Source: Lytechinus pictus
Lineage: Eukaryota
Length of the DNA: 60,000 nt
Assembly: GCF_037042905.1 (NCBI RefSeq)
Contig: NC_087251.1
Location: forward strand, 7,132,001 to 7,192,000
Direction of reading: 5' to 3'
Part shown: one piece after another, positions 35,514 through 50,912 of the stretch
How the letters are laid out: the number at the start of each line of letters is the position of its first letter
Position numbering within the stretch: position 1 is the first letter of the stretch
The notes under the pieces: model-generated
The model's input: only the letters and a program-made list of their open reading frames with translations
Told to the model about the DNA's origin: nothing
The model's database searches: none
Position numbers and translations under genes: made by a program

Positions 35514-38500
35514 GTAAGTATATTCTTCAAAATCCATATTATTTCATTGAAATAATCTACTTTCTTCTCCATGATCATCTTTGACAATTTTCAGGTACAT
35601 TTCTGTAACACTCTTGCTGTTATATTGATTACCAGAAGTTTGTTATCTAGATGTTATTGCCTCCATGCAACCATGGACCCTAGTAGCACTCTACTATACC
35701 CAATTTAGGTTCCATAATGTGATAAACTTCAAAAGGCACGGTTCGTTTGTTGCTATTGTGTTTAGAAGGGCATACTGCTTATATTCATAATTAGTAGGCC
35801 TATTTCCTCCCAAAATGAAAAGATAAAATAGAAAAATACTACAAAAGGTTGATTTATTGTTACTATTCTTTCCAATTAAATTTCACTCGCTAATTGTCTC
35901 AATAAGAAGGTTTGGAAAACAAAAGATTGTTGTCTTCTCAGGTGGCGGAGGTAAATGGATTATACTTGTAATTGCCTGTTTCAGAATTTCCTGTATGGAA
36001 AATTAACTCTTGATGGATTTAGTTGGAATACTTTGGAGTAGAGAATTAGTCCCAGGATTCGGGGAACACTGTCGTATGACAAAGTTCAGTGAACTGAATT
36101 TTCTGGGTCCTTTTGTCCAGCTTATTAAAAAATAATAATAAAAAATAAAATGTTTATTAGCGGACACGAGATGATGATCACTTCAAGTAGAAATGAGAGC
36201 TGTTTAAATAATTAAGTTTTAAATTTTGCTTGATATTGTTGATGGCATTTCTCTAAATATTCTGAGTTAAATTCGGAAGGTAGTGAAATATTGAATGAAG
36301 ATACATTGGCTTGATAAGTTTTCTGACTATTCCTAGTCAAATATACATTTTTTTGCAAAGGAGTATTTATTTTGAATAAGCTTTGCCAAGACAGATTATA
36401 TGGACCATGTTTAAAACTTTCATCAGAAAGACAATAATTTGTTTTCTTCAAACATGATACAGTATTGTATGTGATTACAGTCTTGTTGGATATTTTCTTA
36501 GTCTTGTATGTATTTACCAGTTCAATTTTATTCACCCTCCGACCCTTGATTTGAGCCTAAGTCAAGTTCATGTCTGACTCACTGGTATGCTTGGCAAGGA
36601 ACCATCGTTTATTTATCCAGTACTCCACAAAGAAACCAAGTCAGGTAGTAAAAATTGATGTGACAATGCCCAGTGCTGTGAGGTCATGTTTGTCAAAATT
36701 TATTTGGGGGGGGGGGGGGTCCAATAATTCATTTGTTTTGTAGGATGTACAGCACACATACTAAAATGTTCTCATTGTTTTGATAATTTATCAAAGAGTA
36801 TCATGTTATATCTTACCCATCAAGTGGCATTTACAATAATTAGTTGAAAAATACCTGACTCTTGCTGGGAACTATGAGGTGATGTTTCTCTTAAAATGTG
36901 ATCAATGTGTTTTTTACACCATTTTTTTCCACAGCACCAGACTCTATTAATGGTACATATGTAACCATATTGTTTTGTTTTCATCCATTTACTTCTGCCT
37001 TTTATTGCTTACCTGTAGCTCAGGATTGCTAAAGTTTCTAACAGTGTTTTGCGGGACAAGCTATCTTTTGGCTAGCCTACTTTTGCACACCCAAAGAAAA
37101 AGATATAGATTGGTCTTCAGATTGTCTTAATATCCATCACTTTAATAGTACTGGACTAAGCACAAATGAGAGTGTAAAAAGCCAGCTTGGAAAAAGTAAC
37201 AGAGAAATGCTCATGAGAGAAATTCAAATTGAGATGCAGAAAATTATTCTGATATTCAGAAAATATACAAACACATGAATATGAATGTATATATGTAGCA
37301 AAAAAAAGAGAGAAAATATGATTGATTGTGTTGGTTCTTTTATTGCAAAGCACAGAGAAGGAAGTCAATAGTGAAAAAAGGTGAGACAAGGAGTAGAAGA
37401 AAAGGTAGCTTCTTCCTTCAGCTTTGTACAATATCAAGTTGATAACTGATCCAGAGGCAGTGCCTCAAGTTCACAAACATCCATATATTGCAGAGGATGA
37501 AACACAAAGATCCCTCTAATTAAAATCAATACGAGCGGACTTCTCTGAATAATTCAGTGTTACTTGAATCCAAGTCTGCATCCCTGTAGCAATCGCAGAT
37601 TAATTTCGGAACTTTACTTTATGTTGTGAGAAACAAGATAAGAGAATGATGTCTACTTTTCATAGGAATGACGTCCAAAGAGGCTTATTTTACTACCTAA
37701 AATACAATTCACTGCCTCTAGATTAAGAAAATAGCTGGGAGGGAGACAGGGCTATGCTTTCTTTAGTTATTGATTATCTTACTTGGTGTGAGGAATCTGA
37801 GGATGTTTGAGGGTGGGGTGAGGAAAGGAAGATGTGACATACTATCTTTTCATGTGTACCAAATTTAATTCATATCTTGCTTTAATTGACATGATTATCT
37901 TCAGGCATATGTTTACTCAATGACTGCTAACTTCTTTATTAATGTTTCCATCTCGTTCCCTCCCTGTCGTGATACATGGATGTTCCCTCTCATATTGTAT
38001 GGGTCGAACTTTTTTAGAAGGTGCTTTTATTTTCACTTGTTTCACATCAGAGAATTCCTTCTGTATTTACACTCCTGCTCATGACAATACTAGAATCTTG
38101 AAGAAAAAAAATACAAATAAGGGAAATGAGTGAAAAAATAATTTGTGGAAAACAGTATTTTGAAATTTTGAATCTGGGCATTCAAGTTTAGCCATCATTG
38201 CAAATGAAAGCAAATCCAAAATCTCAAACTCTTAAATTTCATCAAGACATGTACATGTAGGTATAATGAGATGTGAGTATTTCAAGATAAGCTTCTCCCC
38301 TTCTCAATTATGTTAAAAAAATTCATGTACATGTAATTCATTAATATAGACTACAAAACATCTATTATGTCTCCTAACAACATTTGAATGATTCATGATT
38401 TTTATTATTTTAATTTAGAATTTGCTCTTGATCACAATATTGTTAGGGTAATTTGGATATGAATATATTTAGGTCATTATAGAGTATAAAATAGAAGCAG

Positions 38501-39221
38501 TCAGGAGCATACTGCCTCAATTATCGTGCAATTGAAAACATGAATAGAGCAGGAAAGCTTGTAATGAAGCATGATGATGAAGATGTTCTGTCATCTTATG
38601 AGTGTTAATGACATGTAGAGCAGAGCAGCAGGGAAGGTTATAGCCAAGATGAACTGGGTCTTCAAGGAAAATCAAGTAGAGCGAAATGAGACATGAAACT
38701 TCAAACTGTGCTGCAGCAGGTGAACTTCTCACTAAATTTCATCCCAGGCATTTGAATCTTGGCAAGAGTAACAGCATGAGTACACAGCATGCACTAAATA
38801 CGGATGAAAACATTGTACAAATGTTGAACTCTCTATGTGTGCACCATCCTTCTTCTTGTCATCTTCATTTTGTTTTGTTTAATTTCTCAGTTTCAAATTT
38901 GGGAAATTTGAATTAGTATTTATATGTATTTGTAGCACTGACCTTTGACAAGTTAAACTGGAATTGAAATGTTTGGATTTTTATAGTGACATTTCTGGAA
39001 AAATGAGTCTACTACGCTACTTGTACAGTCATTGTGTGTGTTATCCGTCCTTGCGTCTTACTTTATATATGAAGCACAAGGTTCTTTTTAAATTGACTTG
39101 AATTCTCTCATGTTAGGGCTACTATCTCAAGTAGATATGAAGCGTAGTATCAATATGAACTATGTACATTTAGTTACATGGATGTGAGATAATGAAATAA
39201 TACATGTACATCAGTCTAATA

Positions 39222-40053
39222 GGGCATTAGTAAAAATTACCGACCCAAAGAACCTTTCCAGAACAGTTCTACCATGCTTCAGGCATATTAGAGGGTACTT
39301 GGACTGTTATGTGTGCATTATTATTTGTTAAAATGACAGTAGCGTGGATTCTTTTTTTAAAATACTTTCTTCTCAAAACTTTAACAGGTCATAATCATAA
39401 TAGAGACCTTTCGTTTTCTTTGACGAGCCACGTGGACGTACGAGATTAAGGAATTTTGGGAGCGCTGCGCATGCGCGAAGTAATCTGTGACGAGCCTTCT
39501 CGTTCACTGCCCAAATCTGTGACTCGTATTTGAGGGTTTTGACGTTCGGTGTCATAGTGCTCGAACGAGTGCTAGTTCGTACATGATGACGTCATCCAAG
39601 CTTAGCAAAAATGAATTAAGCCGCATCAACATTCGAGTTTCGTTGATTCAGCAGGGCTGGTAAACTGCAAATTACTGCTTGTTACCAGCTTTTCCATTAC
39701 ATTTAGTGTGTCCTGTTTACAGACACTACATATCCAATAGGTAATTGATGTTCTATTTCCAAACAACTGTGTTTTTTTTCGGCTTTTTCGCAAGAGTGCA
39801 AATGTTGCACCCACAGTCGCCCCACGTAGCGTGATGCTTCGCCTGATTCTCCGGCCGAGCATCGGCCCACGGCCCGCTCGCTATCAAGCTGGTATATGCT
39901 GTGGCCTGGTACGGGTACGTCGACTTATAATCGAAACTGTTTTCATCAATGTACGAACGTGATACTGAACTAGCGGTGTCACCACTTCCGGTGAACTAGG
40001 ACTACGATGCAGTCGCAGACAATCGAAAGCTTGGTAATACTTTACTTATGACT
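39222..40053. mobile_element. CpG-rich element with imperfect TIRs
   Basis: GGGCATTAGTAAAAATTACCGA / TTGGTAATACTTTACTTATGACT; sharp CpG contrast with the CpG-poor flanks. Confidence 0.45.
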
Positions 40054-41912
40054 GACCTCACTTTAGCAAATAAATGCCTGCTCACATGTGCACTCTCAAC
40101 TAACTACTTCAGTATCTTATTATAAATGACAGCTTCACATCTTTTCATTTTGTCATGGAAGATATTTTTGATTTAAGGATTTATCTTGAAGAATTTCAGC
40201 TGGGTATGAAAATCTCATCGTATCTCTCCTTCCTTTAGTACTTGCCTTTCAGATGGGTTGTAAAGATGAATCTTGTTTGTCCATTTTATGTAGCTCACTG
40301 CAGCTGCCTTATCTCACAAATCAGAGAACCAAGTTCATGGTTGACAGACTTACACCCCCATTCAGACTTATTTTTGTTGATATGAAAATTAGAAAAGGCG
40401 CCCGAAAAAGGAAGAAAAATAAGAAACAACAAAAAAGTATAAAAAAATGCAAACCAAAGCAACCTTTAATTACCACAGAATGGAGATACATCATATTCTG
40501 ATGTTTCAACGAAAAGATTATGAATGGAAATTACATTTTTTTATCATTCTGACTGGTTTTGCAATGCTAGTATTTATGCAACTATTTTTTTAGTTGAAAT
40601 AACAGATTTATCTCTGGAGAGTTTGTGTACATTTGTATGATATTTTCACTTATTTTAGGCTTTTGTAAAACAATCTTTGTTTATTTGAGCCTCTCTATTT
40701 CATTTCTCTCCACACTGAAAAGGCCAACCGGTTACATTACCAGTCCACCCCCCCCCCCTTTAAAGAGAAAAACACTGGAAAGAACAAATGGGTACTCCAT
40801 GGTGTGAATTTGATAGAAGAAATTTGCCTTTTGTTGAAATGCCTGAATATAGACTATATGTGAAAAGGGATTGCTGGGATGTGAAAATGAGAGATAAAGA
40901 CATGTGATAAATAATGAGAACTGGCCAAACAAGATGTCAGACTCTGTTACTAGATGATAGATGACCTATTGACATGGTTGTTTATAATCCAAGGTCTAAG
41001 ATATTCTTTGTATCTGCTGGGTGGATCCTCTTCAGGGCAAATTTTTCTGTCCTAAAGTGTTCTGTACATCTTGTAGACCTATTTACAGGGCATATGTGTC
41101 CCAAAACAGTCCAAAATTGATAGAATTTTAGAATCCTACACTATACAATGGATGTTTAAAGGTGATTTATATCTCCATCTTAAATTTTCGAGCATTTTAC
41201 TGTTCATAGCATTTAACTTTGTAGCGTACAATGTATGCTATGCTTGAAGTTAGAACTTATTCCCTAATAGGCAGTTGAGCTGATAAGTAGTTGTTAAACC
41301 AAACAGTTTTGGTTTGATCTCTGAGGAGAATGCTTTGAAGTTAGATCCAATCCAATGATGATTGTGAAGAGATAAAAGCTTTGACAAGCAAACATGAGAT
41401 GAGCTGCCATGCATACCTTTCTTACACCAGTTGGGTAGGAGGCTTTTCATTTCAATTATCATTCCGGTCTGTTGATTCTTACTGGAAGGAACCAATGTAT
41501 TAGATAGGTGGCTGTGTTATCAGAAAGCTAGTCGTTCCCCTCACAGACTCGTCAATTTCATGTCCAGCCTACAAAAGATGCATCAAATTATCATTGATTC
41601 AAAGCTACATGCTCATGTTTAGAATTCTTTAGAAATAATCTTAAAGTACTTGTAACTCTGTTATGTCAACTGTGGACAAAGCAGAAAAACAACCAAATAA
41701 AATCATGGACTAGAACAAAAATTTTGGAAAATTTTGTGTCAGTTATGTTGAGAAAGAAAAATAAGCATTAAAAAAAAAAGCCTCTTTCTAAAACTTATCC
41801 CATCCTTTTTGAGATTTTGCTTACCCTGGTATTTGGTTATTTTCAATTTGAATATTGCCGTACATGTAGTAGACTGTTACTAGTCATGTGTACACGTCAA
41901 GCGAAATCTTAA

Positions 41913-42298
41913 AGGTAAAAGAAAGTACTTGCAGCAAATAATTATTTCATGAGAAAGTCTTTTAAATCAAGGTTAATTGTCACCATATCATATATCTAGA
42001 TCTGGGACATCGATGTAAATTTACTTGTAAAATCATGAGATCTTGGCTCAAAACCGATAATTCTGATGATCACTAAAAACAGAAAAGCATGTGGGACAGT
42101 GCATTAATATTGCTTCGAAAAATACCAGACATTTGATGGAATTCTGTGCTTATTTTGCTAATTTCTCAGCAATTACGCATTTTTACCACAGTCATTTGTC
42201 ACATATTTTTTTATTATACATACAAGCACTTGGATGGTAATTTTATTGGTTTCTGTTCGAACTCATTTTGAGATTGTTACCACAACTGATATTTATCT
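41913..42298. mobile_element. Second TTAA-type (Kolobok-like) MITE
   Basis: TTAA|AGGTAAA...GTACTTGCAGCAA with an imperfect inverted end TTACCACAACTGATATTTATCT. Confidence 0.5.
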
Positions 42299-43990
42299 TT
42301 CAATCTTTAGCCAACAGGAGCAGTCAACAAAGTTGATACCATGATCAGAAGACGTTGATACCATTTTTGTTAAAACTCCCTAGACTCTCTGGTATATGTA
42401 GCTTGGTCCAGTCTCAGAATTGCCAGAGTATTCTTGTTGTAATAGCCCATACAGCTGTCAGATTCAAATCCATCAGTCAAGGCTTGTTTCCTGGTCATCA
42501 ATCATCATGTCCAGTCAATTACAAGAATCATTTACACTCATTACTCTAAGGTGGATATATATACACAGGTCAATACACAGAGGTGTGAATGAAAGGAGAA
42601 TAGATTGGTGAAAATATAAACTCTTTCAGACACCAACTACTCTAAACAGACAAGATGATTGATGATTGAAACATCTTGTTTGACATTCATGTTCTTACAC
42701 TCAGACAGTTTAAAGAATACTATTCTTTATCATCAACAACTTCAAATATTTTGAAAAGCTATTCATTCATTGACTAACCGAGTAAAGGTTATTGCTACAT
42801 TCATCTTGAGAGAGATTGTTAGAAGTTGTGTGTGTGTAAATCATCAAACAGGTTTTTCACAGAGATTTAGTTGGATGTTAAGTTACATGGCAAGTATCAA
42901 GGTAATAATAAGAACATTCAAACTGCATGTAAGGCATGTTGCTTTAGAAATTAGAACTTCACTTTTTCAAACATCCATGTCCACAAGATTACTGCTGCTT
43001 TGGAGAAAAACACATAAAAAAAAAATAGAAGTTGAAACTGTTGGCCTATTACATTTGAGAAGTTTTATGAGTAGGCTTAAATTTTTTTTCTCTCTGCTAT
43101 ATAAAATCTTCACTTATCCTCATTGTACATTGTACAACTATTGCAAACAAATGGTTATTTTAAGTGTAATCAGTTAATTCCACTTATCAATCTGATTTTT
43201 TATGTTTGCCAAGATATGAACTTCCCAGACCCTATCTCGGGTGTCAAATTGAGCTGACATAATGCGTGGTTAAAGCACTCAGTATATATGTGATTGCCCA
43301 ATATTTCATGCCCCATCTCAACCGATAGAAAGCTAATGGAATGAATGGCAATCATCTCTCCTCTGATTATAGAAGCCAGTCTAGTTGTTGTTTGCAGATC
43401 CTTATCAAATATTTATGGAATAGTTACAGTATGGAAGAATAACCCAGTAATGAAGATGGACATGGTATTCCGAAATATGAAATATCTGTAAGAATAGATA
43501 TATACGTACTTCTACATGTATGACCTATTTTTTATACGCCTGCAGCTATCTTTTTAAAATAAATAAAAAACTTTTTTATGACAAAATATGTTGCAAGATA
43601 ATAGATATCCTCTAAACGGTTGTTTGGTTTGTTATCATCATGTTCATTCCAAGGTAATAGCACATACAGTAGGCCTAAATCTTGCTAATATTTGCACCAT
43701 TTTTGTCAAACCAGCAAATATTTTAATTGCTTAGTATCAGGGATCCACAAAATTGATTTTTTACTATTTAAAATAAATTCTTAAAGGCATGCACAGGAAG
43801 CCGTTGTATTGTTTTTAACAATGGGCCTATGTCTGGTAAGGAGAAAAAACCCACATTTTATCAAAGTTTAATAGGCCTATGTATTTATGTCTTCTTTCAT
43901 ATTAAAAAACAGATATTTTTTAGCATGAAACTGACATCAGATATTGTTGCCATTGACAAAGATTTATCATTAGACAAACTTGAAATTATA

Positions 43991-44973
43991 CAGTGCGTAT
44001 CAAAAAAAAGTTTACACTTAAAAAAAATCCTGTAAAATTATACATTTGTAATATCCTGAATATTTTTCTACATTTTAACATTGGTACAGATCCATTTAAG
44101 CAAATGACGATATAACTGTTGAAAAATATTTCTGCTTGAGTGAGCACTACTTACTTTTGAAAAGTTACTGAAAAATGATTTGTGCAGGACTTTGAAATAG
44201 TTATGCGAATAAAAGTAGACCTTAATCATAAAGAACACGTGGAATTTAGCTAGTAAAATTGATTTGAAGATATCTTTTACCTTTTTAAACTTGTTTCCTT
44301 GCCCAAAACACTTCGAAGAGACATTGAGCCCCACCCCACTCCCCCAAACACCGAGGCCATCATGACAGTATTTGCTTTACACTGAGCTGTGATTTACATG
44401 AAATGGCTTAGGCTTGATTTTCATTTTGTTAATCATTGTCAAGCTTGGAAAAAGTGTGGAGAACCAAGTATCAAATGAAAAATGAAATGTAAACCCACTT
44501 TAAATGATAAAAACTTAGTGAAAAAATGCTGGTGATGTCTGATATAAACTTTTGTTCAGATTCAATTATGTCCTCAGATCCAGCTGGCACAAAAAGGGTA
44601 AAGGTTGTGGTTACTAAGTGTTGAAATTTCAATTTGGGTGGCAAAATTGTTACAAAATGCTTGAATGTATCCATTTTATTTCAATTGACTAAAAGTGCAA
44701 GGGAAATGTATGAGAAATGTTTCGCAGGTTAAGTTTGATTTCGCCCTTTTCCCTTGACACAGCGTGAAAATGAGCATTTCTGCGCAAACAGATTTCTGCA
44801 AGCTTTACAAAAATGGACAGTGCTCACTCAAGTGTAACATTCTGTCAAAACTTTTGCTTTCATTGGATAGATGAGACCCAAACCCAAGATTATATGTGAA
44901 AAAATTACTCACATGTATATTTTTTAATCCCCAGGGCTTTTTCAAAGTGTAAACTTTTTTTTGATATGCACTG
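43991..44973. mobile_element. Tc1/mariner-type non-autonomous element
   Basis: TA|CAGTGCGTATCAAAAAAAAGTTTACACTT ... AAGTGTAAACTTTTTTTTGATATGCACTG|TA. Confidence 0.92.
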
Positions 44974-45475
44974 TAGAGCGTGGCTAATGCCTTTTGAATA
45001 TGAAATTATTATAAATCCCTGGTTGAAAATCCTGTCCAACAGACAGAATAAAAGGACTTTTATTAGCAAAAAGCCTTATCCTGGCAGCTAACATCAAAAG
45101 TAACCATGATGAAATATTAGCTGTCCCTGTCTATCTGAACTTTCTCCCATATGCTATTCCCATCTCAACATTCTTGGTGCGCAAACATGGAGTTTGTAGC
45201 CAACCTCTCCTCCAGCCCATACAGACAGATTTGATTAGGGGTTGAAAAGTTGGTTCTTTGTCTGAGTAGACTTGTTCACCAGCCCCTTGTATCCAGTCCT
45301 AATTCCTGGCCCTCCTTCCTGCTTACCATTTTATTGGTAACCTGAAATGTTATGAGGTACAATGTGATTTACAGATGTATTTTAAAGCTTCAATAGAAAG
45401 GCCGCAATAACAACAAATAAGCTGGATATCAAAACCAGTGATCTTCTTTGTATCACCGGTGGTATGGATATTCCG

Positions 45476-45620
45476 GGGCCCCGTTGCATAAAAGTTGCTA
45501 TTATGGTATACTTGCATGGAATCCTTGATTCTGATTGGCTGTTGATCAGCATTACCATGGTACATGTAGTTACCATTGGCTGGAAAAGTTACCATGATAG
45601 TAACTTTATGCAACGGGCCC
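45476..45620. mobile_element. 145-bp Harbinger-like MITE with CCAAT and GTTACCATG motifs
   Basis: CCCGTTGCATAAAAGTT / AACTTTATGCAACGGGCCC; related fragment at ~57380-57480. Confidence 0.75.
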
Positions 45621-48600
45621 ATACCAGGCCTGGTACCAGGTATGACGATCTCCCATATTTAAAAAAAAAATCTTCATCATTGCAGTTTTGCATTATGAGG
45701 GTGGTGAAAGAATAGATGTAGGCCTACTAATAAACAATTCCCATCAGGAGGTATGTGTTTTCTCTAGTGGTTAGGCCTATATACTCTTATCATAAAAGAG
45801 CCAAAGCTTCACCCTTTTATTCAAAACGGTAGATGAACAATTTTTTTTAAATAAAAAATGCCACTTAAACAGATAGAGTGGTATGAAATTTGGTCATTCA
45901 TTTTGCCTTTCAAATGTTAAGCATACTTACACATCTTGTCTCCAACATGATTTGTACTCGTATGATTAATTTTGGACCTCATTTCTCATACATTATGAGA
46001 GATAACATTAAAAAAATCAGAAATCTTCTCCAGTGGATTGCTTTACCCTCAAATAACATGCCTAATTACATGTACATGTAGTAGTAGGCTTATTGTCTTA
46101 AGTCACATACACAAACCCCTACCCATTCATCTCACTTTGAACACAACAGTGAAAGAAGAAGAAGTAAAGAAAGAAAAAATTGGTTAGGTATGTAACTATG
46201 TTTTTCCTTGTTATATACATTTGCCTGATGTGGGATTAAGAAAAAGAGATGGAAATGTACTGACGGACAATGAGACAAACATACAAGATGATGTATTGTA
46301 GGTGATGGATTCGAAGAAGTTAGGAGTCCAGAAAAACATTCCAGAGGATTTGCCATATGTTGATGCATGTATCATCATGTATCTCATATTACTGATGCAT
46401 GATGGTCTTAGATGCACCCAAGAGTACCATGATTGATATTCTTCTACCTCATATCAATGATACATTGGTCTGTATGGTGTCCTAAATCTTCATGTGTAGG
46501 AATACATTAGATGATTTATTTTTCCTTCAAAAGTTGCATTTGTGCTTTGCATACAAAGGACTGAGGCCAGTTTTATCTCATTGTGCAGTAGAAACTAAAG
46601 TAACTTAATTAAAAAATAAAGTAACTTTTTTACTGATTGCACTGACATTTGCAAATAGGCCTAACCACATTAATTATCACTGATACTAATCTTTTTCAGA
46701 GACAAAACTCACTGTAACTGTCAAAATAGATGAAATTAATAGTTGATATGAGTTGATATGAGTTCTGTTTGGTGTTTTTATGGCTGTGACCTTTTGAACT
46801 ATTCAGCTCAAAATGGGTCTCTAGAGCTCCTGTACAATGATGATTTGTACACTTTACTTTTCTTTTATCTCAGAATGTTATGGCTGTTCTTGATTCATGT
46901 TTATTCAAAAGAGTTTGTGCTCTTGAACTAACATTTAGATTGATGAGAATCGGAAAACAGAATGACAAATTGTGTATGAAAATATATTATATTGATATTT
47001 TTTCTTTTGCACGGTATGATAGTCATTTTTTTTATTAAGCTGCCTCTTCATGGAAGTAGAATGATTAAAGTTGAGAATGAAAAGAAATATATGTTTTTTT
47101 TTTTTTGGGGGGGGGGGGGGGGAGCTTGATTTTTAGGCAAAGAAGCACTTCAGAATTTAATTTTTTTTCTCCAAATTTTGATGAACTGGCATACATTATT
47201 TAGAGTGCACATAAATCTTTTAAAATAAGCCTCCAAAATTGTGAATTTGATGAAAGCATCTGAATTGTGATAGGAAAAAAATTATTTACTTTCTGATTTT
47301 TATGCATTTATCAGTAGATTCTGTTCATAACATTTCTTTAAAAAATTATATTTACACGTTTTGAAAAGAAAAAAGAGTTAAAAATGAGGAAAATTGATAG
47401 AATATCTAATATACATGGAACACTTGGGCTAGACTGATACAAGCAGTGTACCATCAAGATAACAATCAAATAAGCTGCATGTAGGTAATGGGTTGAGCCT
47501 TGGGGTGTTTGTACCCATTAATCAATTATGAGGTCAAGTTAGCAGGGTCAGTCTAGGTGCATATGAGGTCATACCAAAAGGCTAATGTTACATTGAGTTG
47601 ACCATGATTGCTGGTTTCTAATTACATGCTTCATTCAATCTTTACAAAGTCTTTTGTTGGTTGGCTGGTTTGTGCTATGCCAAATGCTAACAAAGGACAT
47701 GTACTCATATCATCTAAAGTGGCTTATTTGAAGTTTGATGTTTGAAAATTGTATTTTTGACAAATAAAATTCACAAGGAACATTAATTTACTTTGATGAA
47801 AAGTCTTTTGTCTTTTTATTTTCAACTGCATAAGCTGCATGAAGTTTAATTTGTAATGTTTTTCCTATTAAGGAAAAACCCCCATATTACTGTATGAACT
47901 TTGTAAATCATTAGCAAAGTACATGGGGCCTACAGTAGCCCTTGTATTTTGAGGCCAGTTTTTATCTGTCAAAAGATTATTTTCATCTTTGAATCGTAAT
48001 ACAATATTTCTCTCTTTCATATTCATGTTACATTAATTGTCAACATGAATGCAATGGGGCTGAAATATGGATGTCTGGTATGTCACATCATGTATTGATT
48101 ATAAGAATCTAATATAGGCTGCATGTATGATATGACTCAACCCATTTATGTGGATACCCCCCCCCCCCTCTCTAGTTCGTGTAGGCAAATAGCATTTCAA
48201 CTATTATTAATAATGAATGATTCATCCACTCATGTATCACAGTCTTCTAATGATCAGACATCAATATCTAATAAGTACATGTTTTCTTCTCTCTTGCTGT
48301 GGTATGTGTCTGGTTATGTCCATGCATCCATTTTCCTCCTGAGGATCACAGTTTTCAAAGACAAGTTTGTTTTTTTGCTGGTTGCAATTAAAAAAATCTG
48401 TCTTGTCAGAAAGAGAATGGAATTCCAAGTGAATGCTGTAAAAGATGCATTTTCAAGATGAATTGCTGAAAATCGATTGAATGTACATGTATCATATTAG
48501 AATGACTATTCATGTTCATTTAGTTGACCTGTACATCTTCATAGGGTCAAACTGATTAATAGTTTGTGCAGAGGCATGTCTTAATATAAACATGTATGGA

Positions 48601-48639
48601 GAATCAGCTTTGATGAAAATCGCTTGAATACTTTCTTCC

Positions 48640-48987
48640 AGTAACTTTCGCCCCGGAACATACCCTTCGGGATAAGTTCCTGAAGTTACGAACATGCGCA
48701 GTATATGGTCTGATAAGCAAGCAAGGCGCGAAATTCAAAATCGCTAGCTCAGCAGCCACCCACGGCACCTGTGCCCTAGTACATGCTGTGTTATAAGTTC
48801 CTGTAATTTGCTTTCACATTGCCAAAATACCTGTGACCTTGGAAAAATCCCCGCGAAAGTTCTCGTAATTTTGACAAGTACCTACTATTTAGCAGGTATT
48901 TTCTTTCGGGGATATTACACGTAATTTGCTTTCACATTACCAAAATACCTGGAACTGACGAACTTCAAAGCGGTCTGAATCCACCTT
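48640..48987. mobile_element. Truncated DNA-transposon fragment with an internal ~31-bp direct repeat
   Basis: GTAATTTGCTTTCACATT(G/A)CCAAAATACCTG at ~48802 and ~48921; ends GCGGTCTGAATCCACCT; CpG-rich. Confidence 0.45.
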
Positions 48988-50121
48988 ATAAGGCCTTTCA
49001 GCTTTTTGTCCAGAGTCTGATCACAAATGACTGAATAATAAGCTTCTCATTTACTGTGGAAAGTCAAGAGGTCTTCATTTCTTGGAGTACAAAATGATCA
49101 TATCATACAGATGCAAACATATCTTACCATTAATAATTCCTTTTGATTTGGACCATCATCTTTAACAAAGATATTTAAGTCTGTTTCAAAGTAATTTTAG
49201 CATCTCCTTGGCGTTTCCTGAGAGTGATGATGTGCAGTTTATTTTGTGTAATAACTAATATCAATGTGGTGACCGATGTAAGCCCCCCCTGTCTCCTTTC
49301 GAGCAGGTGAAAAACCACACACATCAGCCGACATTGAGATTAATTTGCTCATAGAACAACATGAACAGCTCCTTACACATGGACGCTATCATCAGTTACT
49401 GTTGGACAGCATCATCCAAATATGATAACAGAGGTATCTTATTGATGTACCTCAGACTTTCAGTTTCAACATCATTGAAGAATGTTGCATTACACAGGTC
49501 AAAGGTCACCAGTAATGTAGTTTGGAATTGAACATTTCTGGTTTGAAATGACTTTATGTGAGTGAGAAGCATCTCAGCACTGTATAGGCCTATATGGTGC
49601 TATGTCCCTACTATACCTGTATGGCTGACCAACATCAACAGAAGTTTATTTAGTATTCTACATGGTAGTTAACTTGTTTTTGGTTTTCATTTAAAACATG
49701 AATCCCCCAAAGAATGATTATTTCATATTCTTCTTTCTATTATTATTTCATTTCATTTTCGTTTATCTTTTTAGCTCCTTCCTTACAAACTAATGTAAAA
49801 ACTAAACTATATTGCTCAATTTTCTCTTCCTTTTTTATTTGTTAATTATTTATTCATTCATTTATTTGTGTATTTATTTATTCGTTCATTCATTCATTTT
49901 TTTAATCTATGTATTTATTTATTTATTTCATTTTTGTCTCGCCTACAAAGCAAAGCGAGGCGCCGCTTTTCCGACGGCGTCAACATCAATTCTTAACCTA
50001 AGGATAAGTTTTTGAAATGACATCATAACTTAAAAAGTATATGGACCTACATGTAGTTCATGAAACTTGGTAATCAAGTATTACTGAACATCCTGCCTTG
50101 GTTTCAGGTCACACGACGAAG

Positions 50122-50912
<791 letters not shown>

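Noticed and set aside
35189..35584. ORF-track 131-aa single-exon secreted Ig protein
   Set aside because: The hydrophobic 'N-terminus' is the intron pyrimidine tract read from TTG, and the C-terminus reads through a GTAAGT donor; the real exon is 35211-35513.
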